The position numbers and the translations under genes were made by a program. A DNA stretch of 64,000 nucleotides from a virus. Of the stretch, positions 8,494 through 18,342 are shown one piece after another. The stretch covers positions 1 through 64,000 of IMG/VR virus record IMGVR_UViG_3300017991_002758, one strand, 5' to 3'. The notes beneath the pieces are model-generated. The model worked only from the letters and a program-made list of their open reading frames with translations, did not search any database and was not told the DNA's origin. Numbering within the stretch: the stretch's first letter is position 1; each line of letters starts with the position of its first letter.

Positions 8494-9189
8494 ATGTGTG
8501 GTGTCGTCGCCTACGCGACTCAGGAAGTCACTAAGGCTCAGGAAGCTTCCCTAATCCGGCTGTTCCGGGAGAGCAAGATCCGAGGCCTGCATGCCTGTGG
8601 GATCAGCTGGCTTTCCGAGGGCCGGCTACTGACCGCGAAATTCCACGAGGTCCCACAGCTTACTGCGCTACTGGAAGGGCTGCTCAGAGGCTTGCGAGGG
8701 CGCCCTCTGAAGCTGATAGGCCATACCCGATACTCAACCAGCGGAGATTGGGCCGATCATGCCAACAATCAGCCGTTGAATATCAAGGCCGGGCCGCCGG
8801 CCGGGAAGACAGGAGAGCTTCCTGACGTTCCTGAATCGGCCGTGAGTCTGGTGTTCAACGGCTGTATTCATATGGGCCTGCGGTCGGAGTACGAGGCCCT
8901 ATACGGCCGGGAGTACGTCACCGACAACGACGGCGAGATATTCTGCCGGAAGGTTCTGGACGGTGAGGATTGGGAGCGGTTCGTGGCCGAGGGCAGTTTC
9001 AGCTTCGCCGGCACCTTCATCTATCAGGGAAAGCTCGTTGTGATGCGAAACAGGAATCGCCCACTGTGGACTTGTACAGAGGATAGGGCAGTCTTCGTAG
9101 CTTCCACGGCCGACATTTGCCGCCGGGCCCAGTTGCCCGGAGAGCTCCAGGAGGTTGAGCCGTGCAAGGCCCAGGTAATTATAGTTTGA
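8494..9189 (+). CDS. class II (Ntn) glutamine amidotransferase
   Basis: N-terminal MCGVV, RGLHACG, IGHTRYSTSG, NNQP, VFNGCI, TDNDGE, RNRNRPL. Confidence 0.88.
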   Translation: MCGVVAYATQEVTKAQEASLIRLFRESKIRGLHACGISWLSEGRLLTAKFHEVPQLTALLEGLLRGLRGRPLKLIGHTRYSTSGDWADHANNQPLNIKAGPPAGKTGELPDVPESAVSLVFNGCIHMGLRSEYEALYGREYVTDNDGEIFCRKVLDGEDWERFVAEGSFSFAGTFIYQGKLVVMRNRNRPLWTCTEDRAVFVASTADICRRAQLPGELQEVEPCKAQVIIV

Positions 9190-9245
9190 AGCCCGGCGCT
9201 TTCGATCCCAGTACCGTGAGCCGGGCTCGCTCAAGCGATGCCGGT

Positions 9246-10148
9246 ATGAACGAACCGGTAGACTATATCACCTACCATGAAATGAGCCGACAGTGCGGCG
9301 ACTGCGACCCGGCGTACGATATGCTGAAGTACGTTTGCGACAGGTTCGAGCTGAACATGGAACAGCGATACTGGCTCGCCTTCTTGTACGCGACCTGCTA
9401 TTGCGGCGCGACGGTTTATTACATCTACAATGAATTCCCGGACTTCGAGAATGTCGACTTCGGCCGCCTCGAACGGTGGTGGGCAGCGAACCGAGACAAG
9501 CTGTACTTCCAGACTGATCGGCGCTGGGTCCGTTCCCGCAACCAGTGGTGTGATGTGATTCGCTCCTACACTTGCCACATGGGACGCCACGGCGAGCTGG
9601 GCTCGTATCAGGAGTCGGCGTTCAACCGATTCCGGACGAGCAACCCGCACGTGGCATACCGGATGCTGTACGACGACATGGGTCAGATCTATCAGATGGG
9701 AAGGTACGGCCTGTTCCTCTACCTGGAGGCTGTTCATGTCGTGACCGGGTTTCCGATGGCACCGGACACCATGGACATGAAGGACGGCTCCTCGGAGTCG
9801 AGTCGGAACGGACTGGCGTATGCAATCGGCTACCCGGCGCTCAGTGTTCACGGCCAAAAGCGACGACTCGAGCCGAAGTGGGTTCGTTACCTGCAACAGC
9901 GATTCGACGAGATGGTGAAGGAGCGAACGCAGAAAGATCCCACTGACGGAGTGTGGGCATTGGAAACGACGCTGTGCGCATACAAGAAGTACAGGATCGG
10001 AAAGCGGTATGTGGGCTATTACCTGGACCGCCAGGCCCGGGAAATTGAATCGATGGAGAGCAAAGTCACGGACGGCGTCGATTGGTCCGTGCTCTGGGAT
10101 TATCGGCGCGAGACATACGAACCGCGCTGGCTGAAGGAAGAGGCATGA
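9246..10148 (+). CDS. amino acid:DNA transferase (aGPT-Pplase clade 2 / AADT-like)
   Basis: WLAFLY, FQTDRR, GRYGLFLYLE, SRNGL, LETTLCAYKK..RYVGYYLDRQ pattern of this family. Confidence 0.78.
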   Translation: MNEPVDYITYHEMSRQCGDCDPAYDMLKYVCDRFELNMEQRYWLAFLYATCYCGATVYYIYNEFPDFENVDFGRLERWWAANRDKLYFQTDRRWVRSRNQWCDVIRSYTCHMGRHGELGSYQESAFNRFRTSNPHVAYRMLYDDMGQIYQMGRYGLFLYLEAVHVVTGFPMAPDTMDMKDGSSESSRNGLAYAIGYPALSVHGQKRRLEPKWVRYLQQRFDEMVKERTQKDPTDGVWALETTLCAYKKYRIGKRYVGYYLDRQAREIESMESKVTDGVDWSVLWDYRRETYEPRWLKEEA

Positions 10149-11002
10149 GCAACTACACTTGGGGTCACGAGATTGAGTGGGGAGATATTGACAAAACATT
10201 CGAGGTTCCGAAGGAGCTGGGCGCCTGGGAATATTGCGAAACCGACATCGTGAATATCAGGCCACCGTATCAGTACGTGGCCGTCGACCCGTTGGGCAAA
10301 AAGCCTCCTGTTGGCGGAGAGATAAATACGAAGCCGACGCGTACCTGGGCCGAGCAGATTGACCGAATCCTTGAGCTCCACGAGATGTTCGTCAAGCACG
10401 GCGACAAGCCGACGACATCGTGCGTGAACCACGGCCACATACATATTCATGTGCCCGGCCTGGACAAAGACATCGACGCGCTGAAGAGGCTGATGGTCTA
10501 CATTCGCGACAACCAGGAGGACACGGTCGAGCAATTGTACCAGTACCGGGACAGCCGGGACATGAAAGGGAGCAAAGGCGCTAAGCAATATCTGAAATAC
10601 GATGGCGGCCGGCTCATGCCGGATTACATGTTCGACAATATCCTCACGTCGCGCAACTTCGCTGAGTTTATTTTCTATCACTGCGCGGGGAAGGACGGGA
10701 AGTCCCGCGGCCGGCCATTCAGGTATGCGGTGAACACGTATTGCATGAAGCACCTGCGCACTATTGAATTCAGATGCCTGCGTTCAACAACAAAGTACGA
10801 GGAGCTGGTGTCGATGTTCAGCTTCATCGAGAATTTCATGGACGCGGCATTGAACGGCGGACCTTCGGTGAAGCAGATACTGGCCACAGGCCGATACACC
10901 TTTCCGCCATTCATCTTCGACAAGCAGGAGTATGACGGTTGGGAGAAAACGAAGTGGCCCAAATCCCGTGGCATAAAACAGCGGAGGTTCTATGCAATAT
11001 AG
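10145..11002 (+). CDS. amidoligase (COOH-NH2 ligase fold)
   Basis: TWGHEIE, GEINTKP, HGHIHIH, RYAVN, TIEFR. Confidence 0.82.
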   Translation: MSNYTWGHEIEWGDIDKTFEVPKELGAWEYCETDIVNIRPPYQYVAVDPLGKKPPVGGEINTKPTRTWAEQIDRILELHEMFVKHGDKPTTSCVNHGHIHIHVPGLDKDIDALKRLMVYIRDNQEDTVEQLYQYRDSRDMKGSKGAKQYLKYDGGRLMPDYMFDNILTSRNFAEFIFYHCAGKDGKSRGRPFRYAVNTYCMKHLRTIEFRCLRSTTKYEELVSMFSFIENFMDAALNGGPSVKQILATGRYTFPPFIFDKQEYDGWEKTKWPKSRGIKQRRFYAI

Positions 11003-11498
11003 GCAATGCAGCGCCGAACAATTCAGTCTCGCGGTAACAAATGATCCGCGGGATAAGTTCGCGAAGACGTTCATTGCCAAGGCAAACATGCAGAAGCTTT
11101 GGCCTTTTTGCATGGGAGTTTGGGACGGCGAGGTTCTCAAGGGTGCTGTCATCACCACGGTGAGCAAACGGAAGCCCAAGGTCGCGAACCTTCAACTGCT
11201 GCACGTGTTCGCCGCCAGCCGTCGCCAGGGGGTAGGAAGATCGCTCTGCGTTTGGGCATTAAGCTACGCGGGATATTGCAAGGCAGCGTACTTCCGTGTT
11301 TCGGCCGAGCCCGAGGCCGTGGAATTTTACGAGCGATGCGGGTTCAAGTTTTGGGGCAAGCAGAAGAGCGGTTGCTCATTGTGTATGTACAGAATAAGGG
11401 ACGGCAAGTACGACGCGAGCGACCCGGTCATTGACAAGGCACTGTTCAGTGGGCGGAAGGGTTCACTGGCCGTTTCATACAAGAAGGGCAAGGCATGA
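10992..11498 (+). CDS. GNAT acetyltransferase
   Basis: LHV...RRQGVGRSL acetyl-CoA motif and AVEFYERCGF. Confidence 0.9.
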   Translation: MQYRQCSAEQFSLAVTNDPRDKFAKTFIAKANMQKLWPFCMGVWDGEVLKGAVITTVSKRKPKVANLQLLHVFAASRRQGVGRSLCVWALSYAGYCKAAYFRVSAEPEAVEFYERCGFKFWGKQKSGCSLCMYRIRDGKYDASDPVIDKALFSGRKGSLAVSYKKGKA

Positions 11499-12028
11499 AG
11501 AAGCAACTGATTTACCTGATCGGGCAACCGGGCAGTGGCAAGAGCACTGTGACCAACGAGCTGTTCAAGGATCTTCCGTTCGAGCAGCACACGAAACCGA
11601 TTGCACACATTGAATACCCCAACAGCATCCAGCTCGGCGCCGTGCGCGAGAGTTTTAGCGGAACCGACGCCTACCCAATGAACATTCAACCCAAGGTGGT
11701 GCCGTTCATCAAGGAGGCGGATTGCATGTCGTTCTTCGCCGAGGGCGACCGCTTGGCCAACGACAAGTTCTTCACCGCGTGCGCGGCCGCCAGTATAGAC
11801 CTGACGGTATTCTTGCTGTTCACTCCCAATATCATTGCCGCGGAACGCCGCATGGCCAGGGGCAGCAACCAGAGCCCGACGTGGTTGAAAGGCCGCATCA
11901 CAAAAGTCATTCGCCTCTGGAAGCATTGGGGTCGCAAGCCATACGTACTGATGGGCAAGAAGGCGCCGGCGGAGATTGTAGAGGACATGCTGAAGCACGA
12001 GCAGGTTAGGAGGTTGGTGGAGCGATGA
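11495..12028 (+). CDS. P-loop nucleotide kinase of DNA-modification clusters
   Basis: Walker A GQPGSGKST, SGTD, EGDRL, lid ERR..RGS.Q. Confidence 0.82.
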   Translation: MKKQLIYLIGQPGSGKSTVTNELFKDLPFEQHTKPIAHIEYPNSIQLGAVRESFSGTDAYPMNIQPKVVPFIKEADCMSFFAEGDRLANDKFFTACAAASIDLTVFLLFTPNIIAAERRMARGSNQSPTWLKGRITKVIRLWKHWGRKPYVLMGKKAPAEIVEDMLKHEQVRRLVER

Positions 12029-13275
12029 CCCGATATTACACGACGCCGAGGTGGACAGCCGAGCTACCCGACTGTTCGATGCCAATGACCTTCGACCAGT
12101 ACAGTAATTGTGGTTATGGTTGCGTCTATTGCTTCGCGTCTTACCAGCGCGCCGTTGGCTTCGAGAGCAAGAAGGCCCGGTACCTGGCCGGCGAAGCATT
12201 GCCGGCAAATGTCGATTACATCAAGCGGATCTTCACGGAACCTGGCTACTCTCAATTCGCTGACTATGTCGCCAACCGCAAGACGATGCAGTGGGGAGGC
12301 ATGAGCGATCCGTTCTGTCCCATTGAGAAGAAACAGCGCGTGGGGCTCGAGCTGCTGCGGTTCTTCGCCGAGATCGATTACCCGATCTGTTTCAGCACCA
12401 AAGGCACGTGGTGGCTACGAGATGAGCGGTATACCGAACTTTTCAAGGGACGGAAAAACTGGAACGTGAAGGTGAGCATCATCACCATGGACCGCGAAAA
12501 GGCAAAGCGGGTTGAGCTCCGAGTGCCAACACCCAAGGCCCGGCTGCGAGCAATAGAGAAGATCGCCAAACTCGATTGCGGCGGAGCGACGCTCAGATTG
12601 CGACCGTTCATGCTGGGCATTTCCAATCCGACGCATACCGAATTAATTAAGGCCGCGGCCGATGCCGGCGCCACCGCAGTATCCACGGAATTCTTTTGCC
12701 TGGAGCGACGGAGCCCGGCGTTGCGCAAGCACATGCCAATGCTGAAGGAGGTCAGCGGTTTAGATTACATGGACCTGTACACCACGTACAGCAAGGGCGC
12801 CGGATACCTGAGATTGAACCGCAACATCAAGCGCCAGTTCATCAACGAGATGGAGGCTGCCACCCGGGACGCCGGCATGCGATTCTACGTTAGTGATGCG
12901 CACTTCAAAGAAAGGTGCGATAATGGATCTTGCTGCGGCCTGGACGAGAGCTGGAATTACAGTCGCGGTCAATTCTGCCAGGCTGTAACACTATGCCGCA
13001 GGAATGGTCGTGTCACATGGGATGAAATCGAACCCGACATGCTCGAATGCGGACTGCAAAAGATCCTCTGGCGTCAGGCGGAGAATTACAACACGGGCAA
13101 CGCCGGCCGGCGCGCGAAGTTTCACAAGCACACCATGCGAGATTATCTGCGCTGGCTTTGGAATAACCCCAAGGCCGGGCAATCGCCATACACCATGTTT
13201 CAGGGCATAATGAAGCCAGTGGAAAAGGACGAAAAGGGAAATCTGGTGTACGAGTACGACGCAACAATGGAGTAG
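12025..13275 (+). CDS. radical SAM enzyme (spore photoproduct lyase-like)
   Basis: DQYSNCGYGCVYCFA (CxxxCxxC), GGMSDPF, FSTKG, RVPTPKARL, extra CDNGSCCG. Confidence 0.88.
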   Translation: MTRYYTTPRWTAELPDCSMPMTFDQYSNCGYGCVYCFASYQRAVGFESKKARYLAGEALPANVDYIKRIFTEPGYSQFADYVANRKTMQWGGMSDPFCPIEKKQRVGLELLRFFAEIDYPICFSTKGTWWLRDERYTELFKGRKNWNVKVSIITMDREKAKRVELRVPTPKARLRAIEKIAKLDCGGATLRLRPFMLGISNPTHTELIKAAADAGATAVSTEFFCLERRSPALRKHMPMLKEVSGLDYMDLYTTYSKGAGYLRLNRNIKRQFINEMEAATRDAGMRFYVSDAHFKERCDNGSCCGLDESWNYSRGQFCQAVTLCRRNGRVTWDEIEPDMLECGLQKILWRQAENYNTGNAGRRAKFHKHTMRDYLRWLWNNPKAGQSPYTMFQGIMKPVEKDEKGNLVYEYDATME

Positions 13276-13278
13276 CCG

Positions 13279-14910
13279 TTGAACGCTGAACCGGCAATAG
13301 ATCTCACCGGCATGCAACAGAGCGGTGGAATAGAAACCTCGACTGACAGGGTTCATGAAGATTACGTTCTGCCTGTTGGTCATCTGCCGCGATTGCGGCG
13401 CTCTCGATATTTGCACACCTATTCTCGTAAACAGCTCGCCAAACGCGCCGAGGCCATGCGCTGGCGTCAGGTGGCATTGGCTCGGAAAAGTTCTTCGGCC
13501 TTTATGGAGTATGCCTTCGTCGAGGAAAAGACAGGCATACCGTTCAAGCAACAGTGGTTCCACGATGAGTGGCATGCCGCATGGGATAGTCACCAGCGCG
13601 TCCTCATCATTGCCCCTCGAGATCATGCCAAGACAAGCAACGTAGTGGGCCGGGCCATTTGGGAGCTAGGCCGGGATCAGAATCTTAGAAGTAAAATCGT
13701 ATGTGCTTCCGACGGCCGGGCCAAAGAGCGATTGTTCGAGATCGATCAGCACATCACCACCAATGACAGGGTGCGTGAGGTTTTCCCCGACCTCGAACCA
13801 GATCCCAAAGCGCCATGGAACGCGCACCGCCTGGTGCTCAGGCGCCGTGCCAAGCACAGGGACGCCAGCGTTGAGGCCTTGGGTATCAACAGCACGGCAA
13901 CAGGAGGCCGGGCCGATCTGCTGATAGCTGACGACGTGGTCGACCGCCGGAATGCGTTGTCGTTCCCAGCTCTGCGTGAACAAATAAAGCAGGCCTGGAA
14001 ATCAGATTGGACGAACCTTCTGGAACCGGACTCGCGAGTTTGGTACATCTGCACCCTTTGGTCGCCACAGGATCTCTCGCACGAATTGATGGACAACCCA
14101 GCGTACACCGTGATGCGCTACGACATCGACGAAGGCTTCGGTTCTATCTGGAAGGACAAGTGGCCGGAGCTGGCGCTGCGACAAAGGTACGCCGAAATCG
14201 GTAGCATCGAATTCAACCGAGCGTTCCGCAACCAGGCCATTGATCAGGACAGTGCGCTCATTCAACCAACATGGTTTCAGTTTGCAGATCTCCGGCAACA
14301 CGATGGATTCAACCAGGCGCTCGAACGCGACGAGCTCATCTTCCTCACCAGTTACGACCCGGCCGGGACGCCCACGGGAAAGAAGGATCAGGATTACACC
14401 GGACAATGCGCCGCGGCAATTCACCGTGACACTGGCATGGTGTACATCGTGGATGCCTGGCATCAGCGCATATCGGTAGCCAAGTCGGCGGAGACTGTTT
14501 ACGACGAGGCATGTCGGTACGAGCCCTGGCAAGTATTGATAGAGAAAGTCGGGCAATCAACTCTGGATGAGTGGGTAATTAACGAGCACCCGGAGCTGGC
14601 CGGGCTCGTCAGGGTAACCAAGCCCAGGGTTTCAAAAGCGATGAGGCTGATGGGCGCCACGCCATTGCTCGAAAAGGGCAAGGTCTTATTCAGCCATCAC
14701 CTCGATCCCAACAGTCCCGCTTTTCCCGGCAACCGCGGCAGCATTGTAGACGAGTTACAGGAATTCCCATTTGGGAAACATGATGATATGGTCGATGCGT
14801 TCTCTCAGCTTATTTCCGTCGCGCGCACCCACTTCCTTGACGTAGATTCCGACGGCGGAGAGAATGTGGTAGACTTGGTAACGGACGACAACGATGGGTA
14901 CTATTTCTGA
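13279..14910 (+). CDS. terL: terminase large subunit
   Basis: PRDHAKT Walker A, GGRADLLIADD Walker B, SYDPA...DYT and FPFGKHDDMVDA nuclease motifs. Confidence 0.95.
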   Translation: MNAEPAIDLTGMQQSGGIETSTDRVHEDYVLPVGHLPRLRRSRYLHTYSRKQLAKRAEAMRWRQVALARKSSSAFMEYAFVEEKTGIPFKQQWFHDEWHAAWDSHQRVLIIAPRDHAKTSNVVGRAIWELGRDQNLRSKIVCASDGRAKERLFEIDQHITTNDRVREVFPDLEPDPKAPWNAHRLVLRRRAKHRDASVEALGINSTATGGRADLLIADDVVDRRNALSFPALREQIKQAWKSDWTNLLEPDSRVWYICTLWSPQDLSHELMDNPAYTVMRYDIDEGFGSIWKDKWPELALRQRYAEIGSIEFNRAFRNQAIDQDSALIQPTWFQFADLRQHDGFNQALERDELIFLTSYDPAGTPTGKKDQDYTGQCAAAIHRDTGMVYIVDAWHQRISVAKSAETVYDEACRYEPWQVLIEKVGQSTLDEWVINEHPELAGLVRVTKPRVSKAMRLMGATPLLEKGKVLFSHHLDPNSPAFPGNRGSIVDELQEFPFGKHDDMVDAFSQLISVARTHFLDVDSDGGENVVDLVTDDNDGYYF

Positions 14911-15502
14911 GCCGACCACAATGGAGGATTTGAGCACGGGCTCAACCTTCTATCGCTGGACGGCTGGGGAGATGACAATGACAGCGGAGATACAGGAACA
15001 TCCATTGCGCCAAGTGCAAGGCAAATCCTTCATTACCCTGAGCCCTGTCGATATATTGGTCGACGACGATAGGTGGGAAAAAGTTTTCGGTTTATTCCCA
15101 CAGATACCCGGAGGCGTCGAGCTGGGCATAGACAATGATCGATTGACCTCTGCGCTCGAAGACATCGAGGAATGCGATCAGGATTGGGAAGACGCCCAGG
15201 ATCGCAGGCCGGATATGTTCTTTACTGACTCGGGCAAAACCGACATCCTGATACCGTTAATTGTGAACGACATTGATCTGCCGCCCATGAAGGTTCTCAT
15301 GCCATTCAAGTCGCTGATGAAGAATACGCAATGCGCGGAAACCGGCTCGGGCTCGCATGCCAGAGGTTCGCAATCCGACAGTGTCCAACCAGCGGGATGC
15401 TTTCATGATTTGAAACGTGACGGGTACAAGGCCAACTGCCGCTCTTGCCTTCGTCGTTTCTGGACAAAGAAGGCCAGAGAGTTAGGGTTATTGGATGAGT
15501 AA
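14894..15502 (+). CDS. hypothetical protein (start uncertain)
   Basis: Long ORF between TerL and portal. Confidence 0.55.
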   Translation: MGTISEPTTMEDLSTGSTFYRWTAGEMTMTAEIQEHPLRQVQGKSFITLSPVDILVDDDRWEKVFGLFPQIPGGVELGIDNDRLTSALEDIEECDQDWEDAQDRRPDMFFTDSGKTDILIPLIVNDIDLPPMKVLMPFKSLMKNTQCAETGSGSHARGSQSDSVQPAGCFHDLKRDGYKANCRSCLRRFWTKKARELGLLDE

Positions 15503-16031
15503 AAAAGATCAGGCGCCACCCAGGGTTCGGCTTGCAAAGCACATTGATCTCACCAAGGCAAAGCCGGGATGTCCGCGCTGCAACGGCCGTGGCGTCGTTG
15601 GGTACAAGCATGCCGATCTTGGCGACGGCAAAGGCCCACAGCGGATTCCAATCATCTGCCGATGCGTTTCCAGAAACGACGGCGTTGAGCCCGATGAGCT
15701 GGACCGCATAATGGCCGAGGCCAAGCAGCAGATCGACAACGGAGTATTTCACGAGAACATGGCAGCGGATTTGAGACGCATGCCAAGGGAGGCGAAGGTC
15801 AGGGCCGTCGCCGCGTTCATGGTGGACGTGGTGAACAAACAGAAGAGCAAGGAGGCCAAGGAGGCGGTCGAGAAAACACTTGAGCTACTGAGTCAGGATG
15901 AAGATTGGCCTGACATCAGATCGGTAGCCTTGCGGATATTGATGCGCCGGGCCAACGACCCAATCAACACCAAAGAGAGTAAAAAGCTGGCGGAGATGGC
16001 AATGGCCCGAGTCCGCCAATCGATGAACTGA
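15495..16031 (+). CDS. hypothetical zinc-finger protein
   Basis: CPRCNGRG...ICRC. Confidence 0.6.
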   Translation: MSKKDQAPPRVRLAKHIDLTKAKPGCPRCNGRGVVGYKHADLGDGKGPQRIPIICRCVSRNDGVEPDELDRIMAEAKQQIDNGVFHENMAADLRRMPREAKVRAVAAFMVDVVNKQKSKEAKEAVEKTLELLSQDEDWPDIRSVALRILMRRANDPINTKESKKLAEMAMARVRQSMN

Positions 16032-16042
16032 AGGAGGACACG

Positions 16043-16357
16043 ATGGCATTTTACGAGCAACGGAATATAGATCTGCCGCTCAACCCAGCGGGAGATACAA
16101 TGGTGGTAGGTGCTGGCGCCGAGATGAACATAGGCCAGATGTCGGACAAAGGGTACGATTACCTCAAAGGCGCCGCGGCCGCCTTTACTGCGGTGCTGGA
16201 AGGTAGCGTTACAGGCCTCCAATGGACAACCATTACAACTCTGGCCGCCAGTGGACAGGGTTCCGTTGCCGCGCAGTACAATTACGTACGGGTGAATTGC
16301 TCAGTACAGGGCGCGCTCGACAATACGGTGCTGAAGATAGCCGGCAAGGTTCTGTAA
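16043..16357 (+). CDS. hypothetical protein
   Basis: AAGGAGG RBS; TAATG overlap with portal. Confidence 0.65.
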   Translation: MAFYEQRNIDLPLNPAGDTMVVGAGAEMNIGQMSDKGYDYLKGAAAAFTAVLEGSVTGLQWTTITTLAASGQGSVAAQYNYVRVNCSVQGALDNTVLKIAGKVL

Positions 16358-18342
16358 TGGCATCGCCTAAAAAGAAAAAGAGAGCCTCGCCACCGGCCAA
16401 AAAAGATGAGCGGCCAGAGCTTTCGCTGCGTCAGATCCTGGCCAAGGCCTCGGTTCTGACCGGCCGGGACGTAGAGGAATCAGCGGCCATCGCCAGGATG
16501 GAAAATACGCTGCACCTTTACAGCGAGGAGGGCGCAGTCGACCCACCGTACGATCCGGAGTCGCTGCTGAATTACATCGAGCTGACGCCGCACTTGAAAC
16601 CCTGCATTGCCTCTTACCAGTTGAACATCGAGGGTTACGGATACCAGCCGGTGCCATTGGTTCCCTGGATGGAGGATCTGGATTCCGACGAGGCCACGGA
16701 AGCGATCCGCGACGCGCTGCAGATCGAACGCTGGGTCGATGAGGAAGAGGCGGCGCTCGAGGCCGGCACTCAAGAGAAGCAGGAGGAAGGCGATGAGCCT
16801 ATCGAAGAGCCAGAGCCCGAAGGTGAACCCGAAGGCCCAGGCGAAGAGGGCACGCCGGTCGACGAGGACGAGGACGGCGAGATCACTGAAGAGGAAATAG
16901 CCGAGGTCAAAGAGGATCTGGCCACCAAGTTGCGCCGGGAGCAATTTCTGTTCGAGGCCTTCTTCAAGAACTGCTGCTCGACCATGAGCTTTACCAAACT
17001 CAGGCGCATTACCCGCGGGGATATCGAAGGCAATGGCTGGGGTGCGTGGGAGATGTTGCGCGATGGTTTCGGCCGGCTGAAGCGACTGAACTACATTCCG
17101 GGCTACACCGTGCGACCGCTGAAGAACGAGGGCGAGCTGGTGGAAGTCACAGAGCCCGACCCAGTGACGCCACTTTCCGAAGGGCGCGAGGTAATGGTTC
17201 AACGGCGCTTTACCCGGTTCGTTCAAATCGTCGGCGACAAGAAGGTATTCTTCAAGTCTCCCAAAGATCCTCGGGTAATCAGCCGCACAACGGGCAAGGT
17301 CTACACAACAGTGGCCGAGATGCGGCGCCCAAAGGACAAAGGCGGCGAAGGCCCAGAGGCCAAGGAAGCCAACGAGCTCATCTACATCTCGCTGCATGAT
17401 GCTCGAACGCCATGTCCACCTCCGCGCTGGATTGGAAACTTGTTGGCCGTGCTTGGTGTGCGCGAGGCTGACGAGTCCAATTACTTCTACCTGGACAGTA
17501 ACGCCATCCCACCCGGCATCCTGTTCGTCGCCGGCGGAAAAGTATCACGCGACATGAAGGACCGACTAGAGCAGCGCATGACGGCAGAGCTTAGTGGTGC
17601 GAAAAACAACCACAAGATCCTGGTGGTGGAAGCCACGCCGATGAAATTGAAAGGCGAGGATCGAACGCTGCTGCCGTCCATGCAATACGAGTCGCTGAGG
17701 GATTCACAGCAAAACGATGCGACGTTCACCACATTCGATGAGCGGTCAGCCGACAGGATCGGCGCGTCGTTCCGCTTGCCGCCAATGCTCCGTGGTTACA
17801 CGCCAAAGAACTTGAACCGGGCAACGGCGATGGCCGCGCTGTCATTCGCCGAGAGTCAGGTATTCGAGCCAGAGCGCGAGGATATTGACTGGGTAGTGAA
17901 CCACCACATACTGCCCGAGATTGGCGTTACGCTGTACCGCTTCCGCTCCAATTCACCACCAACACGGTCGCCGGAGGAAATTGCCGAGCTGATCAAGGTA
18001 GCCGCTCCCCACGGAGGCCTGCTGCCGTACGAGATCCGCGGCCTGCTTTCCGACGCATTGAACCGCACGCTCACGAAGGTTGAAGAGGAATGGTCACGTT
18101 GGCCAATGCCAATGACGCTGGCCGGGATCGGTGAAGGCGGAAGCGTGATGCCCGGCGGAGAAGAAGGAGAGCCCGAGTCTATGGCGATGGTGGTGCGAAA
18201 CCTAGAGGCACTGCGCCAGAGAGTTGAAGCAATACTGACCCAGGAGTTGCGCGAAGCCGGTATGGACATGGACGTCAAGACGTCGTGGCTTGACGCCAGC
18301 GATCTCGAAGCCGAAGAAGGTGGCGAAGAAGATGAAGATTAG
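16357..18342 (+). CDS. portal protein (PBSX-like) with acidic insertion
   Basis: PPYDP..L, GNGWGAWEMLRD, NAIPPGIL, FRLPP.LRG, NRATA..A....E.QVFEPER; position after TerL. Confidence 0.9.
   Translation: MASPKKKKRASPPAKKDERPELSLRQILAKASVLTGRDVEESAAIARMENTLHLYSEEGAVDPPYDPESLLNYIELTPHLKPCIASYQLNIEGYGYQPVPLVPWMEDLDSDEATEAIRDALQIERWVDEEEAALEAGTQEKQEEGDEPIEEPEPEGEPEGPGEEGTPVDEDEDGEITEEEIAEVKEDLATKLRREQFLFEAFFKNCCSTMSFTKLRRITRGDIEGNGWGAWEMLRDGFGRLKRLNYIPGYTVRPLKNEGELVEVTEPDPVTPLSEGREVMVQRRFTRFVQIVGDKKVFFKSPKDPRVISRTTGKVYTTVAEMRRPKDKGGEGPEAKEANELIYISLHDARTPCPPPRWIGNLLAVLGVREADESNYFYLDSNAIPPGILFVAGGKVSRDMKDRLEQRMTAELSGAKNNHKILVVEATPMKLKGEDRTLLPSMQYESLRDSQQNDATFTTFDERSADRIGASFRLPPMLRGYTPKNLNRATAMAALSFAESQVFEPEREDIDWVVNHHILPEIGVTLYRFRSNSPPTRSPEEIAELIKVAAPHGGLLPYEIRGLLSDALNRTLTKVEEEWSRWPMPMTLAGIGEGGSVMPGGEEGEPESMAMVVRNLEALRQRVEAILTQELREAGMDMDVKTSWLDASDLEAEEGGEEDED

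Noticed and set aside
9231-10199. Long minus-strand ORFs (e.g. 9231-10199, 16480-17397, 23650-24420)
   Set aside because: Antisense shadows of GC-rich coding genes with no recognisable motifs
10992-11498. GNAT as the toxin of a TacAT-type pair with the DUF1778-like gene
   Set aside because: Not adjacent to the RHH gene and embedded by overlaps in the modification cluster, so a tailoring role is more parsimonious
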